Assembly (NCBI GenBank): GCA_021809925.1
Contig: JAJZJV010000002.1
Span: 7,666 to 71,665, forward strand
Reading direction: 5' to 3'
DNA from: Candidatus Micrarchaeota archaeon
GTDB lineage: Archaea > Micrarchaeota > Micrarchaeia > Micrarchaeales > CABMGC01
Length of the DNA: 64,000 nt
Position 1 is the stretch's first letter, and each line of letters begins with the position of its first letter. Shown here piece after piece: positions 18,542 through 27,338 of this stretch. Below the pieces are notes generated by a model. It was not told the DNA's origin. It saw only the letters and a program-made list of their open reading frames with translations, and did no database searches. Position numbers and translations under genes: made by a program.

Positions 18542-19216
18542 TCACTTCGCAAACACGATCTCAAGGGGGCCGCTGTAGTCGAAGGCAGGGGCCTTAACGA
18601 ATATCTTAATCCTAAAACTGTCTTTCTTGTCGACATTGAAAGGCGGCTTCGGATCTGAGGATAGCATAGTAAATGGCTTGTTTACGGAGATTGAGCCAAT
18701 ATGCTCATTGTAACCCAGAACCCTATAGAGCTGTATCTCTTTCATGAGGACCTGGGATTTCTGGACTTTCAGTATAGAGGATGTCTCTTCGAGGTCTGTT
18801 CGGTTGCTACCACATACCAATGAGATCTTGCTTATGCCGAGATTGATGGTGTCGCTAGGGTCATTGCCAAAATCGATCAGTATTGGACCGCTATAACTTA
18901 GGTCTGCATTGAACTTTAGTCTAAACATCTTCCTTTCCATGTAAGGGATCTCTTGCGGGAGCTCTGGGGAAATGCTCACCAAAGAGAATGGCTTCGAGAC
19001 AGTGATTTTGTTAATCTTTATTGGAGGGCCTTTGATGCTGTCTGGAAGCAGGTCACTCCCTATCTTGTTCTGGAAAGGAAGCTCCAGTTCAAAATCGCCT
19101 CGTGGAACCTCCCGTCCGGGAAGACCGTGGGTCTCTCCCATGAACTTAAGATTTATTGAGGTTAAGTTTATTCTCTCCTCTCCTTTCTTGAAAAACCTGC
19201 CAAATGGGGAAACCAT
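18542..19216 (-). CDS. Hypothetical protein with an internal two-fold domain duplication
   Basis: The two halves share ITVSKPFSLVSISPELP...RKMFRLKFNADLSYSGPILIDFG versus ISVNKPFTMLSSDPKPP...KDSFRIKIFVKAPAFDYSGPLEIVFA. It is apparently in an operon with the EF-Tu-like gene. Confidence 0.5.
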   Translation of the reverse strand: MVSPFGRFFKKGEERINLTSINLKFMGETHGLPGREVPRGDFELELPFQNKIGSDLLPDSIKGPPIKINKITVSKPFSLVSISPELPQEIPYMERKMFRLKFNADLSYSGPILIDFGNDPSDTINLGISKISLVCGSNRTDLEETSSILKVQKSQVLMKEIQLYRVLGYNEHIGSISVNKPFTMLSSDPKPPFNVDKKDSFRIKIFVKAPAFDYSGPLEIVFAK

Positions 19217-19298
19217 CCACTCACATGTAATAATCTAATATAGCATTTGATGCGCTTAATATTTTATAGTCTCTGTTTATTATCAATATGGTGGAATT

Positions 19299-19754
19299 AT
19301 GGTTGCGGAAGGTTCTAAGGCTGCGGATTTTCTTCTGGAAGGGTCTGATGGAAAGAAACATAAGCTTGCCGAATTCAGGGGAAGGTATCTTGTGTTATAT
19401 TTTTATCCAAAAGATGATACTCCCGGATGCACTAAGGAAGCATGCTCTTTCAATGAGAACATTAAGAAGATAAAAGATCTCGGTGCCGAGATCGTTGGCG
19501 TGAGCAAAGATGATCTAAAGTCGCACGAGAAATTCAGGTCGAAGTATGGGCTTGAGTTCCTCCTCCTCTCAGATCCGGAAAGTAAGGCAATAAAGGAATA
19601 TGGGGCTTTTGGAGATAGAGGCATCTTTGGGAAGGGAACATTGAGAAAAACTTTTGTAATAGACAAGGAAGGTAAAATTGCAAAGATATTCGAAAAGGTT
19701 AATCCATCTGAGCATAGTGATGAGATCATAGAGTTTCTGGAGAGCAAGAAATAG
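19299..19754 (+). CDS. bcp: Peroxiredoxin, Bcp type (AhpC/TSA family)
   Basis: Motif YFYPKDDTPGCTKEAC contains the peroxidatic Cys. It is 151 aa with GGTGG upstream. Confidence 0.9.
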   Translation: MVAEGSKAADFLLEGSDGKKHKLAEFRGRYLVLYFYPKDDTPGCTKEACSFNENIKKIKDLGAEIVGVSKDDLKSHEKFRSKYGLEFLLLSDPESKAIKEYGAFGDRGIFGKGTLRKTFVIDKEGKIAKIFEKVNPSEHSDEIIEFLESKK

Positions 19755-19762
19755 ATGGTATA

Positions 19763-22288
19763 ATGAGAGAAGAACATGTTACATTGGGGAAGAATATCAG
19801 ACCGACGCATTACAAGCTCGAGATAGAGCCGGATCTTGGAAAGTTTGTTTATAGGTGCAATGAAGAAATAGATCTGCAGATAGAGAAGGAAACAGAAGAG
19901 ATAGTACTTAATGTTGCTGAGCTTGATATTCTTCAGGCAGAAGTTCTCTTCGGAGGCAAGCGCCAAAAAGCAAAGGTTTCCATTGACAAAAAGAATGAGC
20001 GTGTTGTGTTCAAGCTAGAAGAGGGAGTCAAAGGAGGCGTTAAACTTATTGTTCAGTTCACAGGCAAGAACAATGACAAGCTGTATGGATTCTGCAGGAG
20101 CAGGTATCTCGATGGAAAAAAGGAGGAGTTCATGTTGACCTCGCAATTTGAGGCGACTGATGCAAGGAAGGCATTTCCATGCTTCGATGAACCTGAATTT
20201 AAGGCAAAGTTTGATATAGCAATGATAATACCAAAGAGCCTTTATGCGGTATCTAACATGCCTATAAAAAGAGTGGAGAAGAAGGATAATAAGAAGAAGG
20301 TCATCTTTGAGACGACCCCGAAGATGTCCACATACCTCCTGTATCTTGGGGTAGGCAACTTTGAATTTACTGAGAGCAAGCATGATGGCACATCGATAAG
20401 AGTTATTACAACCCCGGGAAAGAAGAGATTTGCAAAGCTCCCGTTGGACTACGCGAAGAGATTCTTAAGCTTTTATGAGGAATATTTCGGGATGAAGTTC
20501 CCATTACCAAAGCTCGATCTGCTCGCTATACCAGACTTTGCTGTTGGTGGCATGGAAAATTGGGGAGCCATAACATTTAGGGAAACTGCGCTTCTTGGAG
20601 AAGATAAGAGCGCGGTATCAACAAAACAAAGGATAGCAGAGGTTGTAGCTCATGAGATTGCACACCAGTGGTTTGGAGATCTTGTTACAATGAGATGGTG
20701 GGATGACCTCTGGCTCAATGAAAGCTTCGCAACGTTCATGGAGGCCAAAGCCGTAGATGAGCTCTTCCCGGAGTGGAAGATACGGGAACAGTATTTACTA
20801 AGTGATGTCGCATATGCTTTCACAATGGATCAGCTCGAAGCTACGCATCCAATAAAGGCAAGGGTCAATACCCCTGATGAGATAAGCTCGGCATTTGATT
20901 CGGCAATAACCTATAGCAAGGGAGGAGCTGTCCTGCGGATAATCGAAGATTATGCTGGCGAGGAATTGTTCAGGGAGGGGCTGAGGAATTATGTTAGACG
21001 ATATGCATATAGTAATGCCACCGAAGACGACCTTTGGAAGAGTATAGAAGAGAAAGCCAAGAAGAACAATAAGAAATCGAGGATACTTGATGTTGCGAGA
21101 TCATGGATTAACACACCAGGTTATCCTGCCCTCTATACAAACTTTTATGATGGAAGGCTGGCTGTAAAGCAAAGAAGGTTTACCCTATCCAACAAAAAGA
21201 AGAATGAGGAATGGATAATACCGATTAATTACATCAGCGATAGAAGCAAGAGATCGAAGACGATCCTGATGGGCAAGGGCTCTCTTACAGTAAATCTCGG
21301 CAATGTCAGCTGGATAAAACTGAATCACGAGCAAGGAGGGCTTTACAGGACATTTTATGATCCAGTGATACAGGAGAGGTTAGGTCTTCTTATTAATAAT
21401 GGGGAATTGTCTGGAGCTGATTCATGGGGCATAGAGAATGACCTCTTTGCGCTTGCAAGATCTGGAAGAATCATGCTTGATACGTACTTAGAGTTCATAG
21501 AGAAGTATGCGCTAGATCATGTTTATCCGCTGAATGCAAGCATAATGGATCACCTCGTCTGGCTTAGGAGCCTCTTTTACAAGAAGAAAAAGAAGGAGAG
21601 GATTGATGCCATGATCTCCTCATATTCTTCCAAGATATTAAGTAGGCTTGGTTGGGAGAGGAAGAAATACGAATCTGCTATAGATACCATGCTGAGAAGT
21701 TCTGCTATAAGCGCGCTTGGGATAATAGGCGACAGGGAAGTTGTCGAGAAATCACGAAAGATCTTCTGGGATTTTGTAGAAAGAGGGAAGGATATTGACC
21801 AGAACCTAAGAGGGGCCATTTATGGGGTTGTTGCCACACATGGAGATGAAAAAACGTTCAATGTCATTGCAAGTAGGTATGGGAGAGAGATGGTAGTAGA
21901 TGAAAAGATGAGGCTCCTTGGAGCTCTTGGAAGGTTCACAGATGAAAAACTTGTCAGGAAAGCATTGAAGTTCAATATGAGCGCAAGTGTGAGATTCCAA
22001 GACGCATTCAGGATACCGGCAATACTATCGTTTAACCATCCTGGGAATGAGATTGTATGGTCATGGACCAAGAAAAATTGGAAGAAACTGATGAGAACTT
22101 ATTCAAGCGGAACATTGATCATTGATAAGTTTATAGGATTGGGAATTTCTGGTGAAGTAAACGAGAGGAGAGATTTTGCCGCTTTCTTTGCCAAAAAGGA
22201 GAATGTGCGTGAGGATATTAAAAGAACTGTTAAGCAAAGGCTTGAGTTCATAGATGCGAACATAAAGATGCTGGAGAAGAATTCTTGA
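19763..22288 (+). CDS. M1-family zinc aminopeptidase (tricorn-interacting factor F2/F3-like)
   Basis: GGMENWG exopeptidase motif and HEIAHQWFGDLVTMRWWDDLWLNESFA (HExxH-18-E). It is 841 aa with a C-terminal ERAP1-like helical domain. Confidence 0.92.
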   Translation: MREEHVTLGKNIRPTHYKLEIEPDLGKFVYRCNEEIDLQIEKETEEIVLNVAELDILQAEVLFGGKRQKAKVSIDKKNERVVFKLEEGVKGGVKLIVQFTGKNNDKLYGFCRSRYLDGKKEEFMLTSQFEATDARKAFPCFDEPEFKAKFDIAMIIPKSLYAVSNMPIKRVEKKDNKKKVIFETTPKMSTYLLYLGVGNFEFTESKHDGTSIRVITTPGKKRFAKLPLDYAKRFLSFYEEYFGMKFPLPKLDLLAIPDFAVGGMENWGAITFRETALLGEDKSAVSTKQRIAEVVAHEIAHQWFGDLVTMRWWDDLWLNESFATFMEAKAVDELFPEWKIREQYLLSDVAYAFTMDQLEATHPIKARVNTPDEISSAFDSAITYSKGGAVLRIIEDYAGEELFREGLRNYVRRYAYSNATEDDLWKSIEEKAKKNNKKSRILDVARSWINTPGYPALYTNFYDGRLAVKQRRFTLSNKKKNEEWIIPINYISDRSKRSKTILMGKGSLTVNLGNVSWIKLNHEQGGLYRTFYDPVIQERLGLLINNGELSGADSWGIENDLFALARSGRIMLDTYLEFIEKYALDHVYPLNASIMDHLVWLRSLFYKKKKKERIDAMISSYSSKILSRLGWERKKYESAIDTMLRSSAISALGIIGDREVVEKSRKIFWDFVERGKDIDQNLRGAIYGVVATHGDEKTFNVIASRYGREMVVDEKMRLLGALGRFTDEKLVRKALKFNMSASVRFQDAFRIPAILSFNHPGNEIVWSWTKKNWKKLMRTYSSGTLIIDKFIGLGISGEVNERRDFAAFFAKKENVREDIKRTVKQRLEFIDANIKMLEKNS

Positions 22289-22666
22289 TTATCTGGAGCT
22301 CTTCCTTTTTTTTATCTTCTTTGCTTTTTCCAGATCGAGCTTTGGCATGTAGTTCATCAACGACAAAATGTAAAGAAAAGCGATCACAACCAGTCCTGCA
22401 ATGAATGCGGCTATTGTATGGGATATGAATACCATCAATATGAAGAATATTAGGCCCAGTGCAATGTAGAGTCTCTCTCTTAACTCGAATTTGTCCCTGC
22501 TCTTTTTGTATAGAGAATAACATGACGAACATACGACTAGAACATTGTTCTTCTCATTCTTTGTCACATTTCTCTTGAACCACCTTATACCCTTTATGAC
22601 GATATCGTACTCTATTTCTATTCCCTTCTTCTCTTTTCCGCAGACTATGCAATAACTCTTTGACAT
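22289..22666 (-). CDS. Membrane-anchored zinc-ribbon protein (last gene of the cluster)
   Basis: CIVCGKE ... CSSCYSLY (CxxC-x36-CxxC) is followed by two hydrophobic helices and a Lys-rich tail. Its stop codon directly abuts the convergent aminopeptidase stop. Confidence 0.55.
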   Translation of the reverse strand: MSKSYCIVCGKEKKGIEIEYDIVIKGIRWFKRNVTKNEKNNVLVVCSSCYSLYKKSRDKFELRERLYIALGLIFFILMVFISHTIAAFIAGLVVIAFLYILSLMNYMPKLDLEKAKKIKKRKSSR

Positions 22667-22676
22667 TCGATACCAC

Positions 22677-22973
22677 CTATTCTATATCGAGATCAACTAC
22701 CCTTCCCAGAGTACCCCTTATTTTCTCCTCGTCAAGTATGTTCAGCACGCTTGTTATCGCGATATCTTCTATCCCCATACGCCTCAAGACATTGGTTATA
22801 TCTTGCTGCTTGAGCCCCAGCTTTTGAAGCATGCTGGCGAATGATACAACATTCACATGGCGGTGCATCTTATTCATGGAGCTCAAGAGCTCTTCTATGC
22901 TCTTATCGCTTATTCCAAGCTTTGTGAGTATCTTTTTTATATCAATTCTGCTTATTATGAAGGTTTCTCCCAA
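22677..22973 (-). CDS. Small soluble helical-repeat protein
   Basis: Repeated LGISDKSIEELL / LGLKQQDITNVL / MGIEDIAITSVL modules. Related modules occur in the C-terminal tail of the upstream ATPase. Confidence 0.5.
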   Translation of the reverse strand: MGETFIISRIDIKKILTKLGISDKSIEELLSSMNKMHRHVNVVSFASMLQKLGLKQQDITNVLRRMGIEDIAITSVLNILDEEKIRGTLGRVVDLDIE

Positions 22974-22983
22974 TTATAACGCC

Positions 22984-24489
22984 TCATGTTATGAAGGTGA
23001 ATATCCTGGTGATTAGTATATCTGAAATACCTATGCTTCTCAGAAACTCCAGTATGAGATCCTTGTTGACATTATCCCTTATCAGTGCCTGAACCAAAAG
23101 CCGGATATCAACAAGGCCGCTCTTTGCGTCCATCTCCTTAAATACCTTCTCAATTATTCCTGAGCCAAGGTTTATTTCTACCAATTTGGAGTTCATCTCC
23201 ATCTTGCTAAACGTGTATTCCTTTTGTATAGCCGTGTTGTTCAGCTCGTCCTGATTGAGTATCTCTGCAACAGTTATTGTATACATATCCAAAGGTATCT
23301 CTCCTACAACCTTGTCAAGTATGAAAATATCTGGGAATTGAACGCTGGTGTGGAAAGACATGTCTATTGCTGCTTGTCCGACCCCGAACTTGCTTATCTC
23401 TGACCTTATAAACTGCGAGAAGTTAAGCGATCCTTGAAGGTAATTCATGAACTTTTCAAACCTGACCCTAAGCATTATTGTAGTTCCGACATTTGAGAAG
23501 ATCGCTTCGTTTATATCAGTAGGGTTTTGCGATGCTACTATTAGCCCAAACTGGTATTTTCTTCCTTCCCTTACAATCATTACCGCGTCGCTTCTATCAT
23601 CCCCTGCAATCTTCCACGCCTCGTCAAGCACTATTATAGCTTTGAGCCCTTTGGATGCACTCCAACCCTCGGCCCTCATCTTTTCCTTTAAGGTTTGCAA
23701 TATGAACAATGCTGCCATGGCCCTAAACTGTTCATCAGGAAGACCTGAAAGATCTATTGATACAAGGCCAGATGTGGAAAGCTTTCCCAGATCTATTGTG
23801 CTCTTCTTAGCAAAGAAGTCTTCGCCCTCCCTTGAGAATTGCCTTAGCCTATAAATTGCATTTTCTAGCTCTGCTGGATATTGATAGGTGTTTTCCTCAA
23901 GCTTTTCTTCCAGCAACGCAACGACATCTTTTATTGTGGGTGCATCTTTCTTAGGGTCAGGAGGGTTGGCAATGTCGAATCCGGCATTAAGATAGGATTG
24001 CTCTATAGCTTCTGCAGTTAATCTGCGCTGCTCTGGATAATTTGAGATGTCAGTCAATATGTCAAATGAATTCATGATCTGCTTCGTTCTGTCAAGAGGC
24101 TTCATTCCCGAAAGATCCATTATATTTATGAAATCTCCCTTCGCGAGTGATACAACTGTGCCTCCGCTCTGCCTCACCCATGCCTTATACTCACCAGCCC
24201 AATCAATTATTATGGCGTTTGTGTTCCAGATATAGCTTGCGCGTATCAGGAAGGTCTTAATCAGGAAGGACTTTCCAGCACCAGTTATCCCAACTATCGC
24301 AAGATGTGGATTTGTCAGAGATGCAAAAGTCCAAGTGAACGGAACCTTGAATAGTTTTGTTATGCCTATGAATATAGAATCTGTAGGATCGTTTAGCAGG
24401 AACTCGAAAGGAGGCTCTGGGGGCCTGCTGAAGAATGCTCTTTTTGCGAGCTCATTACTCATAACATTTTGGATCCTAAGAAGTGTCAT
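22984..24489 (-). CDS. P-loop ATPase of the VirB4/TrbE/CedB (AAA_10/DUF87-like) type, short form (501 aa)
   Basis: Walker A is NPHLAIVGITGAGKSF and is followed by NAIIIDWAGEY. Walker B is KAIIVLDEAWKI and is followed by REGRKYQFGLIVASQNPTDI. It lacks the long N-terminal domain of the ~800-aa bacterial VirB4. Confidence 0.75.
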   Translation of the reverse strand: MTLLRIQNVMSNELAKRAFFSRPPEPPFEFLLNDPTDSIFIGITKLFKVPFTWTFASLTNPHLAIVGITGAGKSFLIKTFLIRASYIWNTNAIIIDWAGEYKAWVRQSGGTVVSLAKGDFINIMDLSGMKPLDRTKQIMNSFDILTDISNYPEQRRLTAEAIEQSYLNAGFDIANPPDPKKDAPTIKDVVALLEEKLEENTYQYPAELENAIYRLRQFSREGEDFFAKKSTIDLGKLSTSGLVSIDLSGLPDEQFRAMAALFILQTLKEKMRAEGWSASKGLKAIIVLDEAWKIAGDDRSDAVMIVREGRKYQFGLIVASQNPTDINEAIFSNVGTTIMLRVRFEKFMNYLQGSLNFSQFIRSEISKFGVGQAAIDMSFHTSVQFPDIFILDKVVGEIPLDMYTITVAEILNQDELNNTAIQKEYTFSKMEMNSKLVEINLGSGIIEKVFKEMDAKSGLVDIRLLVQALIRDNVNKDLILEFLRSIGISDILITRIFTFIT

Positions 24490-24525
24490 ACTCTCATATA
24501 TCTTATTAGATATTACATATTAATA

Positions 24526-25350
24526 TTATTTCTGTGTCTGGAATATTTTGCTTAACTCTTTCTTTCCTAGCAGCGCATAATTAAATTTATACATATAGTA
24601 AAGCTCCCTCCCAACTATACGCATTATATTGAGGTCAAATGAATTGAAGACTGTCTGGAGTTCGTTTATTTGGTTCTCCATTGAGTCTACAGCTTCCTTC
24701 TCGCTTACGCCTACTGCTGTAGTTTCTATGTACATAAGGCTGTTAACTGGGCGCTCCCCTGCAGATATTCTCTCAATCCTTGTCTGAACTATGCTTATCC
24801 TCCTTTGAAGATCTTCAATTGTCATCTGGTTTGCATTCTGGCTCTTCATCTCTTTTGAGAGCTGGAATTCCAGGAAACCTCTCTGTCCCTCAAGATCGCT
24901 CCTGTAGCTCTGTATGTCCTGCGCCGCAGTTATCACATTGAACCTGAATGGAAAGTCTATGCTCATCAATAGTCTTTCCCATTTCTCAGACGAAGATGCG
25001 AGATTCGCTTCTTCGTTTGCTTCAGGATTTTCTGCGGCAAATATATAGTTGTAGATGTTGGCTGTGAGGTAACCAGTGGCATAATATAGCCCGTTTGTGT
25101 ATTTAATCACAGACTTTTGGTCCTTAGGTATTATGAAGTTCCTGCCAGGAATTATTGTGATCCTTAGCACCGAGGTAAAAAGGGGAAATAGTATGAAGTC
25201 TGCATAGTTTATTGCGAGGTTTATTATTATCGTTAGTATAGCTAGTATTATAACTATTATAGAGAATTCTCCATAGCTGGAAGCAGTGGTCACAAGTGCC
25301 AATGCGAGTAAGGCAGTCACACCCAAGTATACCACATCTTCTATGTCCAT
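24526..25350 (-). CDS. 2-TM anchor plus soluble alpha/beta domain protein (274 aa), paralog A. Candidate VirB3/VirB4-N-terminal-like.
   Basis: Two N-terminal hydrophobic helices, then ...VIKYTNGLYYATGYLTANIY.., a helical segment and ..LMYIETTAVGVSEKEAVDSMENQINELQTVF. It has the same architecture and length as the next gene. Confidence 0.55.
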   Translation of the reverse strand: MDIEDVVYLGVTALLALALVTTASSYGEFSIIVIILAILTIIINLAINYADFILFPLFTSVLRITIIPGRNFIIPKDQKSVIKYTNGLYYATGYLTANIYNYIFAAENPEANEEANLASSSEKWERLLMSIDFPFRFNVITAAQDIQSYRSDLEGQRGFLEFQLSKEMKSQNANQMTIEDLQRRISIVQTRIERISAGERPVNSLMYIETTAVGVSEKEAVDSMENQINELQTVFNSFDLNIMRIVGRELYYMYKFNYALLGKKELSKIFQTQK

Positions 25351-25354
25351 AGTA

Positions 25355-26182
25355 TCACATCCCTTCAGTTCTTGTCTTCATCCTCTCACTTATCGTGCTA
25401 AGTGGTATCCTTGCATCTGGCTCAACGAATAATGCAAGCTCTTCGCCTTTGATTAAGTATGCGGTCACGCCCAATATCGAGCTTATTCCTGAAGCCAACT
25501 CCTCTGCTTGCTGATTAGATAAGCTTACTGCTTCCTCCTCGTTTCCACCAATAGCTGTCACCATTCCAAATGAGACGAGCGTCTGTGACTTGGTCTCGCT
25601 GATGCTGTCGGAAAGGTTCCGCCACATTGTGACCTCGCCTTTTGCTCGGTCCAGTGCTGTTGGATTCTCTACTCTTTTCGCTAGCGCATCGTTATATCTT
25701 CCCTCTGCTTCGTTGAGCTTGGTCTTAATTTTATTAATGTACTCATCTTTGTTTACCATGTACATCTGAGTAGCTATCTTTATAGGAGTCTTTGATAGAG
25801 TTAGTACACGGCCAAAAAGCCTTGAGAAATCTAGCTTCTCCTGGTCGTTCATCTCTGTAGACGATCTGTAGATTGGAATCTTTACAAATGTACTTGCGTA
25901 AACGTCGTCTTCGCTCCTTGTTATTATGGAGGTTCCTGAAGATGCCATTGTAAAAGGATCATCGTTATCCAGTACTATTGCGCCCCCCTTCATCCTGAAT
26001 AATGGACCTAGGAGATATAGGTAATATCTTGTCGAAAATGCCAAGATGTCTATCATAAGTATGATTATCGCAATTATGAACTTAATCGCTGTGCTGATCT
26101 GGAGAGTGCTAGTTATAAGGATGAGAAAGGCGGCAACGCCTACCAAGATTATGAAGATTATGCTTCTAAAGTTGAATGCCAA
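25355..26182 (-). CDS. 2-TM anchor plus soluble alpha/beta domain protein (275 aa), paralog B
   Basis: Two N-terminal helices, then ..IITRSEDDVYASTFVKIPIY.., a helical segment and ..LVSFGMVTAIGGNEEEAVSLSNQQAEELASGI. It is collinear with paralog A. Confidence 0.55.
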   Translation of the reverse strand: MAFNFRSIIFIILVGVAAFLILITSTLQISTAIKFIIAIIILMIDILAFSTRYYLYLLGPLFRMKGGAIVLDNDDPFTMASSGTSIITRSEDDVYASTFVKIPIYRSSTEMNDQEKLDFSRLFGRVLTLSKTPIKIATQMYMVNKDEYINKIKTKLNEAEGRYNDALAKRVENPTALDRAKGEVTMWRNLSDSISETKSQTLVSFGMVTAIGGNEEEAVSLSNQQAEELASGISSILGVTAYLIKGEELALFVEPDARIPLSTISERMKTRTEGM

Positions 26183-26223
26183 GCAAAACGCCCTCTCTTA
26201 CAGATACTGCATTTATAAACTAT

Positions 26224-27330
26224 TTATATGTTTGCTGTCAGCCTTCTTGAGGTCTGTGCCATCCCTCCTATCAGATTTGATATTGTTAGTATAGAAAAGT
26301 ATGTTATTGCAAGGTTCAATGCCGGGAAGAAGAGCACCGATATCCAGAAAGAGCTCATCGCTGTTTTGACATCTGCTATTTGAGTCACTAGAGGGGAGCT
26401 TGGTGAGACAGTCCCTGGGGGGAAGTTGCAGACCAAGCTACCCGTTGTTGGATTCTGTGAGCAATCGCTAAACTTGTTAAGGTTAACTGCAGCATTGTTA
26501 AGGCTCGTTATTGAGCTCTGGCTCGTAAAGTAAAAAGAGATAGAAAAGAGCATTGGCATTATTAGGTAGAACCCTATAGCAACTGCAACCATCATCCCAC
26601 CCATGCTTCTTGTCGGCAATAACGCACGAAATATTATTCCAGGTATGAGAAATACAGGTATTGCAGCGTACATCAAGAACAATATCAGATAATATTCTAT
26701 ATAGAGCACCATCAGCCCGTCTATTAGCAGTATTGCTATGGTTACAGAGGGATTGACCAAAAAAAACAATAGAGGATATTGGAGTGGCTTTGGTATATGC
26801 CATTCATGCTGATTTGGAAAATAAATAAGTATGTCAAGTTTCAATGTAGAAACATAATATGCATCGTTCTCTATATAAAAGAGATTTGAGAGTACATTGT
26901 CAGTAGAATTGATAGTCTGGCTGATATAGCTTAGAGAGGTGTTATACGGGTTTATCGGGCCTGTGACAATGCTTGGAAGGATGCCGAACATGGTGGAAGA
27001 GATGTAAAGGAAAAATGTCACTATGAGCGTTGTTGCTATAGCCTCATAGAATTCCCCAATGCCATAAGTTCTTACCCTATCGCTATTGAATATTACCCCA
27101 ACCAGGAATATTAGTGTGGCTATAGTAAATGAGAATAATATTGCAACAACTGCGATAGGAGCCCAGTTGTTCCAACTTTTCACTACTGACTGATTTATCT
27201 GACTGCAATACCACGGTGCCAGGGCGTTGACAGTGCCGGCTGTGCTGCAGTAGCTAAACAAGTCTGCGTGCACATTGTTTAGCAGCATTGTTGTAAAGAG
27301 AATTGCAGCAATAATCATGCTTTTCTTCAT
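26224..27330 (-). CDS. Polytopic membrane protein, member 6 of a six-gene tandem paralog family (VirB6-like topology)
   Basis: Sec-type signal peptide MKKSMIIAAILFTTMLLNNVHA. Topology is TM1-TM2, a large Cys/Asn-rich loop, then 4-5 more TMs. The family motif is degenerate here: FRALLPTRSMGGMMVAVAIGFYLIMP. Confidence 0.65.
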   Translation of the reverse strand: MKKSMIIAAILFTTMLLNNVHADLFSYCSTAGTVNALAPWYCSQINQSVVKSWNNWAPIAVVAILFSFTIATLIFLVGVIFNSDRVRTYGIGEFYEAIATTLIVTFFLYISSTMFGILPSIVTGPINPYNTSLSYISQTINSTDNVLSNLFYIENDAYYVSTLKLDILIYFPNQHEWHIPKPLQYPLLFFLVNPSVTIAILLIDGLMVLYIEYYLILFLMYAAIPVFLIPGIIFRALLPTRSMGGMMVAVAIGFYLIMPMLFSISFYFTSQSSITSLNNAAVNLNKFSDCSQNPTTGSLVCNFPPGTVSPSSPLVTQIADVKTAMSSFWISVLFFPALNLAITYFSILTISNLIGGMAQTSRRLTANI

Positions 27331-27338
27331 TTTTGCAC

